This document shows, piece after piece, positions 14,076 through 27,317 of a DNA stretch of 64,000 bases. Under the pieces are notes generated by a model. That model was not told the DNA's origin. It did no database searches and was given only the letters and a program-made list of their open reading frames with translations. Numbering within the stretch: the first letter of the stretch is position 1; every line of letters begins with the position of its first letter. Made by a program: the position numbers and the translations under genes. The stretch is from Octopus vulgaris (Eukaryota): assembly GCA_951406725.2 (NCBI GenBank), contig OX597819.1:132122001-132186000 (forward strand). Reading direction: 5' to 3'.

Positions 14076-14296
14076 TAACCCTTTCGTTACCAAACCGGCT
14101 GAAACTGGCTCCGAGTACAAATGTTTTCTTTTCATAAGTTTTGAATTAAAATCTTCCACCAAACCTTAGTCACAATTTATGTTCTTAACACTAGCTGAAT
14201 GATAACCAAGTTATTTTACTAAATTCTTTGTTATATTTAAAGTAATTGAAAGAAACACAAAGCATCTCAAAATAAATACAGTAACGAAAGGGTTAA
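14076..14296. mobile_element. piggyBac-like MITE, copy 1
   Basis: TIRs CCCTTTCGTTAC / GTAACGAAAGGG, right end followed by TTAA. Confidence 0.8.
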
Positions 14297-16299
14297 TGGA
14301 CATGGATGAAGTGTTCAGATCTGTCGGTCAACTTGCTGTCATAATGGAATTGGTAATTTCTTCATCTGCAGCATTAAATAATGGCTGAGATGATGCAATG
14401 CTAGATGTTTCTTTTACATCTTGGGATAAACTTTCTGAACCCTAACAATTCAGGAATGGGGGAATCTTTTGTTAGACTGAAGCAAGAATTCTCTAGAACA
14501 GTCGTTCTCAACCATTTTTGGCCCTTGGATCTCTTTGATTCCTGTTTTACTTGACTGGACCTCCATAGCCATTCACCATATATAAAACAAAAAAGAAGAA
14601 AATCTTACTAATCAAATATTATTGGGAATTGGATTTAAAAAATTAATATTTTGTGTATTGTAGAAGTATAACTGATTTATTTCAGATGAGTTTTAATAAG
14701 ATCTTCTCTGGGTCTCAGTTGAATGCCACTGAATCTAGAATAAGGAGATCTGAGTTCCTGGTCATGGAATTACTAGTTCAGCCAATTACTAAGAATTTTC
14801 AACTTGTAAATGTATTTCTTCAGGTTTCTCAAAGAATAAACAGGAGCTTATTAAGTTGAGCAAGGGATGGGAAATAATTGCTTAATTAAACTAAAAGGAT
14901 GCAGTAGGTTATCTTTTTGAGATAAAGGGCCGGAATGGTCTTTCACACATTGCCTCCCTATGGCCTTCTTCAGCTTTCACCTCAACCCTACAATGACCCA
15001 CAAGCTACAATAGTGGCTTAAAAGTAATGTGGTCATCATTGATATCATTTAATTGGGTGTAAACTGTTGGTCAGTGGGCTTAGCACTCTTTCAACCGGCC
15101 TCTCTTTACCTGAAAGTATTTATAGTAATACACCTCTGCCCCTCCCCGACCCAAACACAGAGTTGTTGATGTGATTGATTGAGGAATGGAATAAAAAACT
15201 CCATAAATGCCATCCGATGATCTGATGGTTGTTCACTCGCAAAGCAGGTCATTCAGCTGTGAAAACGTTTACTTATAAATTTATTCATGAACCAGAATTT
15301 ATGGAAGTATCTTTTATAATTAGAAAAACATTGTAAAATAGGAGGTGGGGGTGGGGAGGGAGGAGGAAATCTTCTTAGAATTATTTATAGATTATGTAAG
15401 AAATGTTTTAAGAAAACTGAAATTCTTCACTGACTGTAGATTCGTGGTGGAGAGAGTCGGTCTGCAAACCAGCTGCTGCTGCCGCCTTTTTGCAACTGAT
15501 CTGTTTGTTGTATTATTGATTCGCTACCAAAATGATGTTTCTAATAATTTGGACAGTTAGGAATAAAATCTAAAAAACATTGTTGGAACGACCTTTTCTG
15601 TTGTTCTCTTTGTCTTTTATACTTTACCGTTCTCTTCATATTATCGGCGTCCGTATTTACCCTGCCTGTGGACGTCTAGCGGTTAAACTTCATTTCACTC
15701 TCATCTATTAGTTAATGTATTAGATGAGTCACAGAATACATCAATAACAATTTTAACACCTGATAACAAAGGTTGTGTGTGTGTATACCTGCATAGTTAA
15801 CGGGCATATTTTATTGGCCACATTATTATTATTATTATTATTATTATTAAGGTGGAAAGCTGGCAGTATTGTTAGCATGCCAGGCAACTCGCTCAGTGGC
15901 ATTTTGCCTGTCTTTTCATTTTGAGTTCAAATCCTGCTGGGGTCTATAAAAGAAGGACCAGTGGATCACTGGTGTCAATATAATTGACTTATCTCTCCAC
16001 TCAAATTCTTGACTTTGTGCCAAAATTTGAAACTATCATCATCATCATTATTATTATCATTATTTCAAATGTATTCTCTGTTTGCAAAATTCCTTAATGT
16101 CTACGACTCTAATATTTGGCTTTTTTTTCTTCTTTTCATGAACATAAGGAACATTTTGAAGATATCACTTTTTTGCATATTATTTCTATAAGACTTTGTT
16201 TAAACTCTTTTCTTACCATTTTTCTGTTGAAAACCACTGCCTTTGTTTTATCTAAGTTTGAAAATTAACAAAGAATTCAGTAAAATAACATTATTATTA

Positions 16300-16521
16300 T
16301 TAACCCTTTCGTTACTGTATTTATTTTGAGATGTTCTGTGTTTCTTTCAATTATTTAAAATATAACAAAGAATTTAGTAAAATAACTTAGTTATCATTGA
16401 GCTAGTGTCAGGAACATAAATTGTGACTAAGGTTTGGTGGAAGATTTTAATTCAAAACTTATGAAAACAAGACATTTGTACTCAGAGCTGGTTTCAGCCG
16501 GGTTGGTAACAAAAGGGTTAA
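16300..16521. mobile_element. piggyBac-like MITE, copy 2 (inverted relative to copy 1)
   Basis: TTAA-CCCTTTCGTTAC ... GTAACAAAAGGG-TTAA. The body is the reverse complement of 14076-14296. Confidence 0.8.
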
Positions 16522-19500
16522 GCTGATGTCTGGAACCTGAAATTTTGATGGAAGATTTTAATTTAGATTACCTGTTAAAATGGAAGGTTGTATCATAGAA
16601 CCAGGAGTAGTCTCAGGCTGTATTTAAAAAAGGATTTGTTCTTAAAAAAACCCCAAAAAACCTATGACTATCAACCCTGTGCTTTTTAAGGGGTAACCCT
16701 GTAGAAGAATCACTAGAATTTTCTGGGGTGGGTGGGGTGGGGTGGAATACAATGTAACCCATTTTTGGTGCCCTTTGCTGATAAATTATTGAAATATTTG
16801 TCCAATCTCCATTTAATATGTCCATTTAGTATTCAAACTGGCCAAATCAGGTCCAAATATATTCTCCCTGTTTTATGTTCAAACCTACCAGATCTGGCTT
16901 CTTACACTAGCCCTACCATGTCATTCTAAGGAATAAGCAAACAACATCTTTGAAATTGTTGAAGCTGCACGACAATGCATGGTTAATTCCAAACCATGTG
17001 AATAAATAAAGATTAGATTTGACAGAAATGAATTGAATGGTAAGCGTTAAGGAGTTTGATCTAGCAACAAAGGCCAAGTATTTTGGTCAGAGACACAGCC
17101 TACCTTTAGAACCATTGATCTAGAATTCTTGGGGAAAACAATGGAATTAAAGAAATGAGACTTTCAGGGGGAGGTTTGTTATACTTTTTGCTGATTTAAA
17201 TGTATTTCTTTCCAATAATACCTGGATTTATCCCAAACTAATTTATAAACAATGCTACTCACAAAATTATTTTCATGCAGCACTGTAATTTCTACCATTT
17301 TTTTTTTACACATCTACAGGTATTTTATAAAAAAAAAAAATTACTAACATTTTCTTTGTGAGATGAATATAGAGATAACAGTTTTCAGGATTCTATTCCA
17401 GACCAAGTTTCAAGCAGCACATTTGGATTAATCAGATGTTTTTCTTCTTCTTCTTTGGTTTAAATATTTCTCAGAACTTTTAATAAGACTAACGAACATA
17501 ACCATTTTCAGTTTCTCCTCTAACCAATATCCATCATCGTTGTTTTAATGTCCACTTTTTCCATTCTTGCCTGGGTCATATGGTCTCCATTGAAGAACAT
17601 TTTCTATGGCTTGTTGCCCCATCCCGTTGCAAACCTTTGTTTCTAAATGATATTTCTCCATGGCCAGACATGTTTCATGGAAAACTGCAAATAAATAACA
17701 TCACTAGTTTGATGGGATGCTCATTGACAACCATGTGGTGTCAGGTGATTGGCTCACGCATGCATGCATACATCCATCCATCCATCCATCCATCATGGAC
17801 TTCTTTCAGTTTCTGTCTACCAAACCTGCTCACAAGGCTTTGGTTGGCCTAGGGTTATAGTAAAAGACACTTGCCCAAGGTGCCATGCCATGGGACGGAA
17901 CTCAAAGTTGTGTGGGGAGAGAAGCTCGTTGACCCTACAGTTTGTAACTGTTTTAAAATGATTCCTAGAACATAATGTGACATTTTAGGACTGAAAACAT
18001 CAAAATCAGAGGGAAACGAACACGGGCAAAGTTTTAATAGTCAAAATTTGAGAACTGAATTTTGTTTTTAGCAAATAAATTTATAAACAAATTGATGCGA
18101 ACAGATTTAATACATGGAATGTTAAAGGCTAAAAATATGAAGTTAGAAAAACAAAAAAAGCAATGTTATTTTCATTCCAGTATAATATGGTAGACAGGTT
18201 TCAGTATTATACTGACCTCATCAACCAGCATAACTTTACTCTACTTGCCAACATAGGGATTAAAATATGCAATGATATAGTAAGAAAATGTACAAAATTG
18301 TTCATCTATTGACATAGGAAAATAAATTTGTTTAGATATGAAATAATTCAAAATGCCATCAGCATATAAACCATTTAAATTAGTTTTCTCATAGAAAGCT
18401 AACTTGAGATGAAGGTATCAGTGAGCGACTGATATTATTCCATTATGAGAAATGTAAACTTCTAAGTATTCTGTGTTCCACAATTAGGATTTAGATTCTG
18501 CTAATCCTAACTTCGTTCTTAATCTTGTCAGCTTTAAAGTATATTACTGGCAATGTGTTTTAAATCCTAATTTTTCAATCTGCATTCTTTCACTAAAGAT
18601 GTCTGGCCATTAATTCCAACATAATTCACTTAAGTGATGGCTTACCAAAACCTGGCATGATGGACATCTTAAGTCTGGAGAATGTGGTGATGGAATGGCA
18701 GTAATGGTAGTGTCAGACTTGATGGATTACAGTATTTAGCTCCTCCATTTCTTTGTTCCATGTTCAAATCCTCCTGACAGATGGAATTTGTCTTGTGTTC
18801 TTCAGAGGTGAATCAAATAAGCACCCACAATTAATTCAACTACAAATTGCTGGCTTTTAGTAGTTCTCTGATTTGTAATTTCGTCTAAATGTTAAGACAA
18901 GGAATGAACCAGAGCGGAGGATTAGTGCTATGGCTACAGTCACAACTGTTTGCATAGAAATGCATTTTGTTTAGTCAAGCAAGCAGTGGAGGAGGTGAGT
19001 GTATGTAGGTAATGGTTATATAAAACATGGCATGCAGAAATTGATGGAAGTCTTTGAGTGAAATATTTAAAAACATTTAGAGTTGAAGATCTGAAGATTG
19101 CCAGAGATTGAATGAATTTCTTCAGTAGTCACAGTAGTCATTGAATTCCTTGATATCCAAGCACTCAAACATGTCTGGTTTTAGCTTGAAACAGTCACAA
19201 ATCAGAAGAGGGGTGGGAGGTTACTAAGGATTTAAATATGTCTTAATATGGAGTCTTTCCCTATCGTCTGTGTCCACGTTCTTTCAGGAGTAAAGTGACT
19301 TTGTGTAGAGACTTTGCAAGAGTAACTTTCAAAATTAGGTTTTAACAATTTTTCTTATCAATTTGATGGAAGCTCTTCAAGTGTTGGAGTCTAGGATAAC
19401 ATGTTCAGCGAATATTTATAGGCACAAGCTGAATTGATAATTCCAAATTAGATCAGTATTAGCGGAGATGTGTTTCTTCAGAACAAGTGGATTACTAAAA

Positions 19501-21560
19501 GTAGCACTGGTAGTTAGGGGTACCATTCAAAATTTTTGACACCCTTTTTTGTTGATATATAAACTAAGGAAGTCTGCTTGCTTTCTCTGGTCTCAACTTA
19601 TAAAAGGGAGTGGCCTGGTTCTATTGGATATTCAAAATGGTTTTAATTATATTTATTCTTTTTCAAGTTTTTTACATAATGTTCAGAAATATTCGTGTGT
19701 GCTCTTGCTCCACTTATTCCATTCTGCCCTTCTGTGATATGTACCCTTATGATGTGCACATAAGGATACACATCAGTAGAAGAACAGGATGAAATAAGTT
19801 GGGAATATTTTTGTAAATAAATTTCGTTTTGATTGATTTGCTAAGGAATGGTATTGCAAGTGTTTCATTCTGTCTTGACGAAGATTTACCTTGAAACCTT
19901 GTAGGAATTTGTTAATTTGTTTTAAAAACTTACAAAAACTATTAATTTTATATCTGGTGGTGCATATTTTTATGGTCATTACAAGATATTGAAATGTAAA
20001 TATGTACTTGAATATTTTACCTTATTTTTACTGAAATACACTCATTTTATTTTTGTTAATTTTGAAAAATAATGAAAAATTTAAGTGAAATAACTTTGTC
20101 ATTATTAATCTAGTGTTTGGAACAAATTAACCTGAAATTTTCTTGGAAGAAATTTTTTAATTTAGATCACTCTAAACCCAGAAGTTTGCATTATAGAATT
20201 GGGTGTTTTCATGTGGTTTGGTATTAAAAAAGTTAAAGAGAACTTTTATTTTAAATTTCATTATTCACCAAAGAATGAAAGAAACCAATTTTCTTTTTAA
20301 AAAAACCCCCAAAAAACTACCAATTCTATTTTTGAACTTTTTTTATTTCAGTTTAATTTAATTTTTTTTTCTGAATTCAGTCAAAACCAGGAGCAATACA
20401 AGAATAATCATGCTTTATATTTGGATAAGGCAATCCAAATATAAAACTGGAACCAAAATGTCTTCTATTGGTTTCTTTCTATTGTCTTGGAATGTCAGAA
20501 TATGTGTTGGGTTAAACTGTAAAGAATTGTTTCCACAAATAATTGGCGCAACAACCAAAGCCCAGGCGCTGGATCGTTGGCCACAAGTTTACTTAATATC
20601 ACAGCTTAGATGAATTACACGACTTGCTAGAAATAATGGCCAAATCTCCCTCACACCCTACTGTCTTTTAAGTATTTAAACTAGCCATATCCAGGGTCCA
20701 AATATTCTACCTGTTTTATGTTCAAACTGGCCAGATCCAGCCTCTCACACCTACCCTTTAATGTCATTCTAAAAATATACAATCACATCATTGAAATCTC
20801 AACGCTATGAGATGATGCATAATTAATTTGAAACAATATGAATAAATAAGGATTAGGATTAGACTACGAAATAATCTGAATGTTAACGGGTTAATTAAAA
20901 AGATTAATTTGAATGTAGTTCCTCCTCTCCAAAAAAGACAGGATTCTCATAACTGGAGCACTTTTCATCATTGGTCTGATAGTAACTAAACAACAACAAC
21001 AACAACAACAATTTGTTCCAGAAGTTGAATTGCCAAAAATATGTTAGAAAATTTGAAATTCAAAGGAAAAAATGGGAGAAAAAAGTAAAAGAAAAAATGC
21101 TACAAAATTTTGTTTTTAGAGAATCTTAGCCAATGATTTTCTTTCCTTGGTTACAAGTATTAGGTTGAAACCATGCTTCAGCTTTGCTTTAAATTGTATT
21201 GACCGAGTTCTTAGTTTGGCACCGATTAACCTTGATATGAAGAATCAGAAAGAATGGGGGATGTGATTGAGGTGGAGCTAAATATGGAATTCTTAGACCA
21301 GTGAACCAATTCTGCCCTTTTCCTGATATAGGATAAGTTGCTTCCATCCAGATTTTGCCTACTCAAACATCTCGTACAAGATTTTGGTCAATCCTGAGCT
21401 AATGGTAGGTGAAAAAAAATAAATACTTTTAAGTTGCCAGAGAATGGGTTTGAACCTGGAACCACCGTGATTATGAAATGATCTTCTAAAGCATATGGTC
21501 ATAGCTGATTTTATGCTGATTTTTCTAGGCTTGTGTATTGGTATTCTTGCTGTTTTCTAG

Positions 21561-21655
21561 CATAGTTAATGGTCAGGTTAAGGCCGTAGAAGTATTGGAA
21601 TATCTGCGAAAGTGGTCAAGTTCTCTGAAACTGAACAAATCTTTAGGATCTCCAG
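21561..21655 (+). other. Possible small upstream exon (IVNGQVKAVEVLEYLRKWSSSLKLNKSLGSPG)
   Basis: ctgttttctag| acceptor, open frame, and CCAG|gtaaaa phase-1 donor compatible with both dsRBD exons. No recognisable homology. Confidence 0.25.
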
Positions 21656-22465
21656 GTAAAAAAAAATCAATTTAAAATATTTTGTTTCTTTTTCCTTTCT
21701 CCATTTTTACAGCTGATGCCATCCTGTAGGTGACAGCTCCCCAGATTCAGTACAATATTAGTTTTATAAATAAAGATTTACTTGGAAAAAAAAAAACAAT
21801 AAAAAAACCATTGTTTTTGACTTTTTTTTTTTCTCTAATTACCTTCAGGTAATATTGGAAGTATCACTGATTCCATTTTGGAAAATTTTGGCTTCTAGGT
21901 GTTGGATTCAATTATGTTATCTTTTGTGGCAAAATTCAAACAAATTATTTTGTCTTCAGGTTTTCATATGGAGGTATCGGCTGAATTATGTTGAAGATTT
22001 AGACAGATTCTTGGAGCATGTTCTTCCTAATACATTTTTGTTGTAGCCTACTGTTCCGTCTAGTTATCTTATCGACTCTTATACTTGTCTATGATTTAAT
22101 AGCTTGAAATGGTGGTTTCTCTTGACTTGGCATAAGGCCTAATTAAAGAGGGAAAGTTAGATGTAATCTACAAGTTTTGAAAGAAATTAGCGATGAAAGC
22201 CAAAGGAAATGACTTTAGTTGAGAATTGAAACTTGGCATCTTTGTTTACCAGCAGTTTACCTTGTTTTTTTGAAGGATTCTTAGACGTTTTTAATGTTCC
22301 AAGCTACATAATCTGAAACTAGTCCATGTGGTGTGCCCTGTGTATGTGTGTTTATACATGTACACACTCGTGTGTCCAACCTGGCACTTTTCTTGACCAT
22401 TCTCTGGCTCACTGGAATTTCTATGTAGAATCAGATTCAAATTCATTTCTTTATGCTGAGACTTA

Positions 22466-23645
22466 TGTGGGTTGGCTGAAAAGTTCATTGGCTGAACTCT
22501 CATGGAATGGGACCAAACGAGGTTTATTCCCCCCCCCCCCTCTGCAGTTCTTGCACTTCTTTCATTGGTGTTGCAGTGCTTGAATCCCTTTGGTGAGGAA
22601 ACCCTCATCCTGTTGATCAAAAGCGGATGTGACAACATCATCACTTTGATACTGGTTCCCAGCCAAGTGTTTTTCCTGTTAGGGGACAGATGATAGCCAA
22701 ATGAGGCCAATCAACCAGTTCAAGGGGACAGTTATGCACAGCAGCCATTTAACCAAGGACTTGTGGCTGTAGCATTGTCCTCATGAAGCAAGATCCCTTT
22801 CCTCAGTTTTCCTGGGTGATTGGTCATGATAGCTTTTCATAACCACCGCAGCAAGTTGGCCGAGTACTCTTTGTTGATGGTGTGGCCCTTTCGAAGGCAG
22901 TCAATAAACACAATGCCTTTTTGCACCCCAAAAACCTGAGGCCATCACCTTCCTTGCAGATGAAATGACCTTGGCCTTCTTTGGAGCAGTTGAGGAGGAG
23001 TGTTTCCCACTGCATGGATTGTCTCAAAGTGATGAACCCAACACTGATGCTGGGTTAGGAAATGTTCAAGGATATCAGCTGGATCTGCCTCAGACAATGT
23101 CGGATTTCTCCAAGCAGAAACCTTTGTCATGCCAGGTTCCTTGTGCAGAATATTCTCAACTCTGTCAAGGGATATGCTAATAGCATTGGCTATTTGATTT
23201 CTGGTCAATCACCTGTCGTCCATCACCATGTGGTGGACACAATCAAGGTTTTCCTCGGTGGTGGCAGTTGCAGGATGTCCAGACATTGGGTCATCTTCAA
23301 AACACTCCCTTCATCTCCTAAATTCTGCTCCCCACTTTTGGACTGTTGATAAAGCTGGAGCATCATCCTCTAATGTAGCAACCATGTCAGCATGAATGCT
23401 ATTGGGGGCCGAACCCTTTTCCTGCAAGTACTTGATAATATCATGATGCCAGATTTTGTCTATTTCCAAGAGAAGTCACTACCAGTTACTCTTGAAGTCT
23501 TTTTTGAAAGGTCAGATGTCAGTTTACCTGGAAAGAAACAATGCAGTAATTAATAAGAAGGGTTGAAATTAATGAATGCAAGATTTCACAGCACTTCTTA
23601 GTCACTCCTTCATAGTCAGCCTATGAACTTTTCAGCCCACCCTTA
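22466..23645 (-). mobile_element. Near full-length decayed mariner transposon
   Basis: TIRs gggttggctgaaaagttcattggctga and tcagcctatgaacttttcagcccaccc with TA on both flanks. Frameshifted transposase pieces on the minus strand (QIANAISISLDRVENILHK..GMTKVSA, QSMQW, KAKVISSA.KVMASGFWG). Confidence 0.88.
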
Positions 23646-24781
23646 TACACTGCAATATTTTGTTCAAAATATGGATTTGAAAAAACCCCACAAAGGAACC
23701 TAGATTTCTGTCAGTTTTTTTACTAGTCTCAGCTTTCGCTCTGGGGCCATTAGAATACATTTGTGGGTCTTTACTAATTAAAAACGAGGGAATGCAGTAT
23801 TTCATCATTGTCCGAAAGGTCAGAGGTTAGCAAATGGAATTAGCTCGTTCAACCACCAGAAGCTAAGGGTATTTCATTTGAATCCAGCTGTTGTCTGTTT
23901 TTCTTTTCCATTCTGAATTTGGGAAAAGTGCCAAAATCTGTTCAAAAAACGAAACCTATTTTTTTCAACATTTGGAGCTTAAACTAAAATCCAAAACAAT
24001 TAAATTCTCTGCTGAGAATAATTTGATGCGATATTCTAATTCCATCAACAGATTCAGTTTTTCATTTGTTCCCCCTTTATATTTATGATAATTATTATTA
24101 ATTTTTTTTTTTTTTTGGTCAAATAAGGTTCTTAGTTTTATAACGAACATGAAAACAATGTTGTTGTTTTTCTGTAAGTATTAGGGTTAATAATTCCCAT
24201 GTTGTATATATTTCGATTGAACTTGATCTTCTAAGAACACTTGTCGACTGTTGCTGTATTAACATCTCAATTCCACAATCCAGTTATAAATGGCATTTTC
24301 AGTAATCATGAAACAATGTTTTTCCAGTTTTGAGAGCTTTTTCCAGATATTTTTAGTATGAAATTTTGTTTCTTTATTAGAAATGCTTGTCTCAGTTTTC
24401 TTTTCTGTTTGTTTCGTATTTGTGCTTCATATCTGCTTTTGTTTGAATTCAGTTTTTGTAGTAAAATTAGTTGATATCACATTGTTCCTTATGGTATATA
24501 TTTCATTTACTGCTACCTAACATAGTAGTAATTGGACACCTGAATTTGATTCAGTGAATGTTTGCTGTCACATGCTTTGTGTTTGCAGTAGATTCTTAGA
24601 TTTTGATCATCTGTTGAGTAGATTTAGCAGGATTTGTTTAAATGGTAGAGTTCTTTTGGAATGGTTCTGCTTAATTTGTTAGTTGCTTGCGATAAGTAGT
24701 TGTCGTAATCAGTTATGTAGAGGTAGGAAATGTTTCGTGTCCTATTCTCTAATTACTTTGTTTTCAACTGTTTTTATTTAG

Positions 24782-25102
24782 GAAACTCCACTGAAGATCC
24801 TAATGTTATAATTGAAACTGTTGAAGACAATGCTGACAATGAGAACAAAGGAACGCAGTCTCTTAAACCAACTCTTACAACCAAAAACCCGGTTATGTAT
24901 CTAAATGAATTGTTGCCCGAACCTTTGGTTTATGAACTGATGTCAGAATCTGGTCCTCCTCATGATAGGAATTTTGTCATGTCGGTAAAGGCTAATGACC
25001 AAACGGTGCAGGGGGCTGGTCGCAGCAAGAAACTTGCCAAGGCAGCGGCTGCCCAGGTAGCTTTGTTTAAGCTTTTCAACATCGTCTACATCTCAGAACC
25101 AG
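24782..25102 (+). CDS. ADAR2: ADAR2 optional (cassette) exon encoding an extra N-terminal dsRNA-binding domain
   Basis: Translation has a full dsRBM (KNPVMYLNEL...YELMSESGPPHDRNFVMSV...GAGRSKKLAKAAAAQVALFKLF). Acceptor tttttatttag|GAAACT at 24781/24782 and donor CCAG|gtcagt at 25102/25103. 321 nt = 107 codons, phase 1 at both ends, in frame with the 58582 exon. Matches the known extra-dsRBD exon of squid ADAR2a. Confidence 0.9.
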
Positions 25103-27279
25103 GTCAGTTGATCTAATTTCCCATCTACAGCCATACAATTCTTCACGAAAATTTAGATTTAGTTCATCAGAATCAAGCTACATCTAAAAGAATTTTTGTA
25201 ATAATCACCGATGTTGTCATTAGTCAACAATTATAAGGTCCAATGCTAACTGTTTGCTCCTCTGATCGGATCTTGTTTTTCTAGTTTCTTTTTATCGTTT
25301 TTGATGTTGTTTGTGTTTAATATCTTTTGTAGAACCAAATTTATTTGGTTGAATTGTGTTTCCTTTGTGTCATTGAAATAACATTTTAGGGTAAAAATTA
25401 GAAACTGGCATGTGACATTCAATAGCTCTGGTTAATCTTTCTTTTTTTTTTTTTGTGTGATATTTTCTGTTGATCGTTATTTTAAAATCAGGTTCTTCTT
25501 TTGGTATGCCTTTTGTTTTCCAAGTGTTGATATTTTTGTTGAATTGACTAAAATGTGTGTTGTGCTGTTGTCTTTCATAATCTATTGCTTAATTCTAAAA
25601 CTAAGTTTTGCTCATCTTGGTGTTGCTTACATAAACGCGTTGTTATAGAATTATAAAAAAAGAAATAGGCAGATTGGGTGGAGGATTTTCGGAATTCCTG
25701 TTTGTGAAGGAGCTTAAGCTGACCTGTTTGACACAATTTTGGTCTTAGCCCCTGTCCAAATACAAGAAATGTTTCATATTACATCAAATACTCTACAATC
25801 TGTGATGAACCATTCCATCTGAAGTTGTAGAAAACAATAGGAGAAATTTTAAACTGGAAAGACCCAACGGGGCCACTGAAAGGCCCGTTGCTTTTTTCCA
25901 TCTTTCACCTGGCTATTTATAATGTGTCTCATTAAAATATTTAATTAACATTGTTTATTTTCAGCTGATACTTGCATGTTTGTAATTAATATATTAAAAC
26001 TGCATTTTATTTAGATTTATTATTATTATTATTATTCTATAGTCTTCTCCATATTTTGTTGTTTGTTTTCCTGATTTGATTATAAGTTAATGTATTGTTA
26101 TTTCAAATATTTGCAGATATTAATCTTTCCAAAAAAGGCAAAAAATTCTAGAAGCAACAAAAGATTTTGAAATGTATTTTTGTTGGTAAAAACAAATATT
26201 GTATAACCTCTAAACATTTGAAATTAGTTTCTATTTAAAATTTCACCGAGGATCTTATAACTAATAACTTCATTCTTTATTTAGGAGCATAGAAACACTT
26301 TGTGGGTTTTCTTTTATTCTTTCTAAATCCTAAAATCACAAAAATCTTAACATTTTCCTTTGTTTGAAGGTGGCTTTCCCGTAAGAGATTCGTTTTTACA
26401 GCCTTAAAGTGTAGGGGAGATAACTGCCTACTCTGTATTCGAAATAAACTTTGTCTAGAGAAATAATTTTTTAACAGGATTTTTTATTTTCCGTACCAGG
26501 ATCTCTACCTGAAAATTTATAGCATTTGGAACAACAACAACAACAATAATAAATTTGTTTCTTTTAAGCAACAGCTATGATAAGAAAAAGAATGTTTAAA
26601 AAAATGAGTTTTTAGGTAAGCTGAAAATTAAACAACTTAATTTCTTCGTTCAAGACATTCCAACATTCTCAATAATCCAGTCTTTTTGTAAAGGAAATTA
26701 TTTTAGGCAGATACTGTGTAGTTTAAGGAAAACGGATTAACTGATCAATCAAATGTTGGATTTTAAAAAACTTTTTGAGTCCTTTTTTTCCCTGTTACTC
26801 TAACTTGCATTGCATGAAACTGTCAAGCATAACATTTTTGCTTTTCCGACTGCAAATTTTTTATTCTGCAACCCTGGCTGCTTTTAACTTTAATCAATGT
26901 TGTTTTGCTTTTATGTGGAGAAAATTTAGAATTTTTTTCTTTTTTCTCATTACCTTATTGTTTCACATTCCATCAAGTTAATTTCAGAATTGTAAGGCAC
27001 CAAACTTATTTACATGTAGTTTTCCCCACAAATCATTTATGTCTATGTGCTGCTTTTTTTCATTGTTACATTTTTTTTTAGTTAAGATTGTTAACAAATA
27101 TATAAAAAACAAGTTACACCGTTGCTACAGGCAACCTCCCCTGAGCAACAGTGTCTTCATGTCTTTTTTTGTGCAAGTATATTCTCTGTCACACAAAACG
27201 ACTGACCTAGTTTTAAATTTCTTAACTCCTTTCACCTCTTTCTTTCTATTTGCTAAATCACAACAGCCATATGCATCGT

Positions 27280-27317
<38 letters not shown>

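Noticed and set aside
18189-18229. Third hammerhead-like motif on the minus strand (UUGAUGA...GAAAC..GUC)
   Set aside because: Core C3 is lost and stem I does not pair. At best a dead remnant.
24730-24781. ATG at 24730 as the start of a standalone 128-aa dsRBD protein
   Set aside because: The N-terminal residues are the translated polypyrimidine tract, and canonical splice sites bound the domain.
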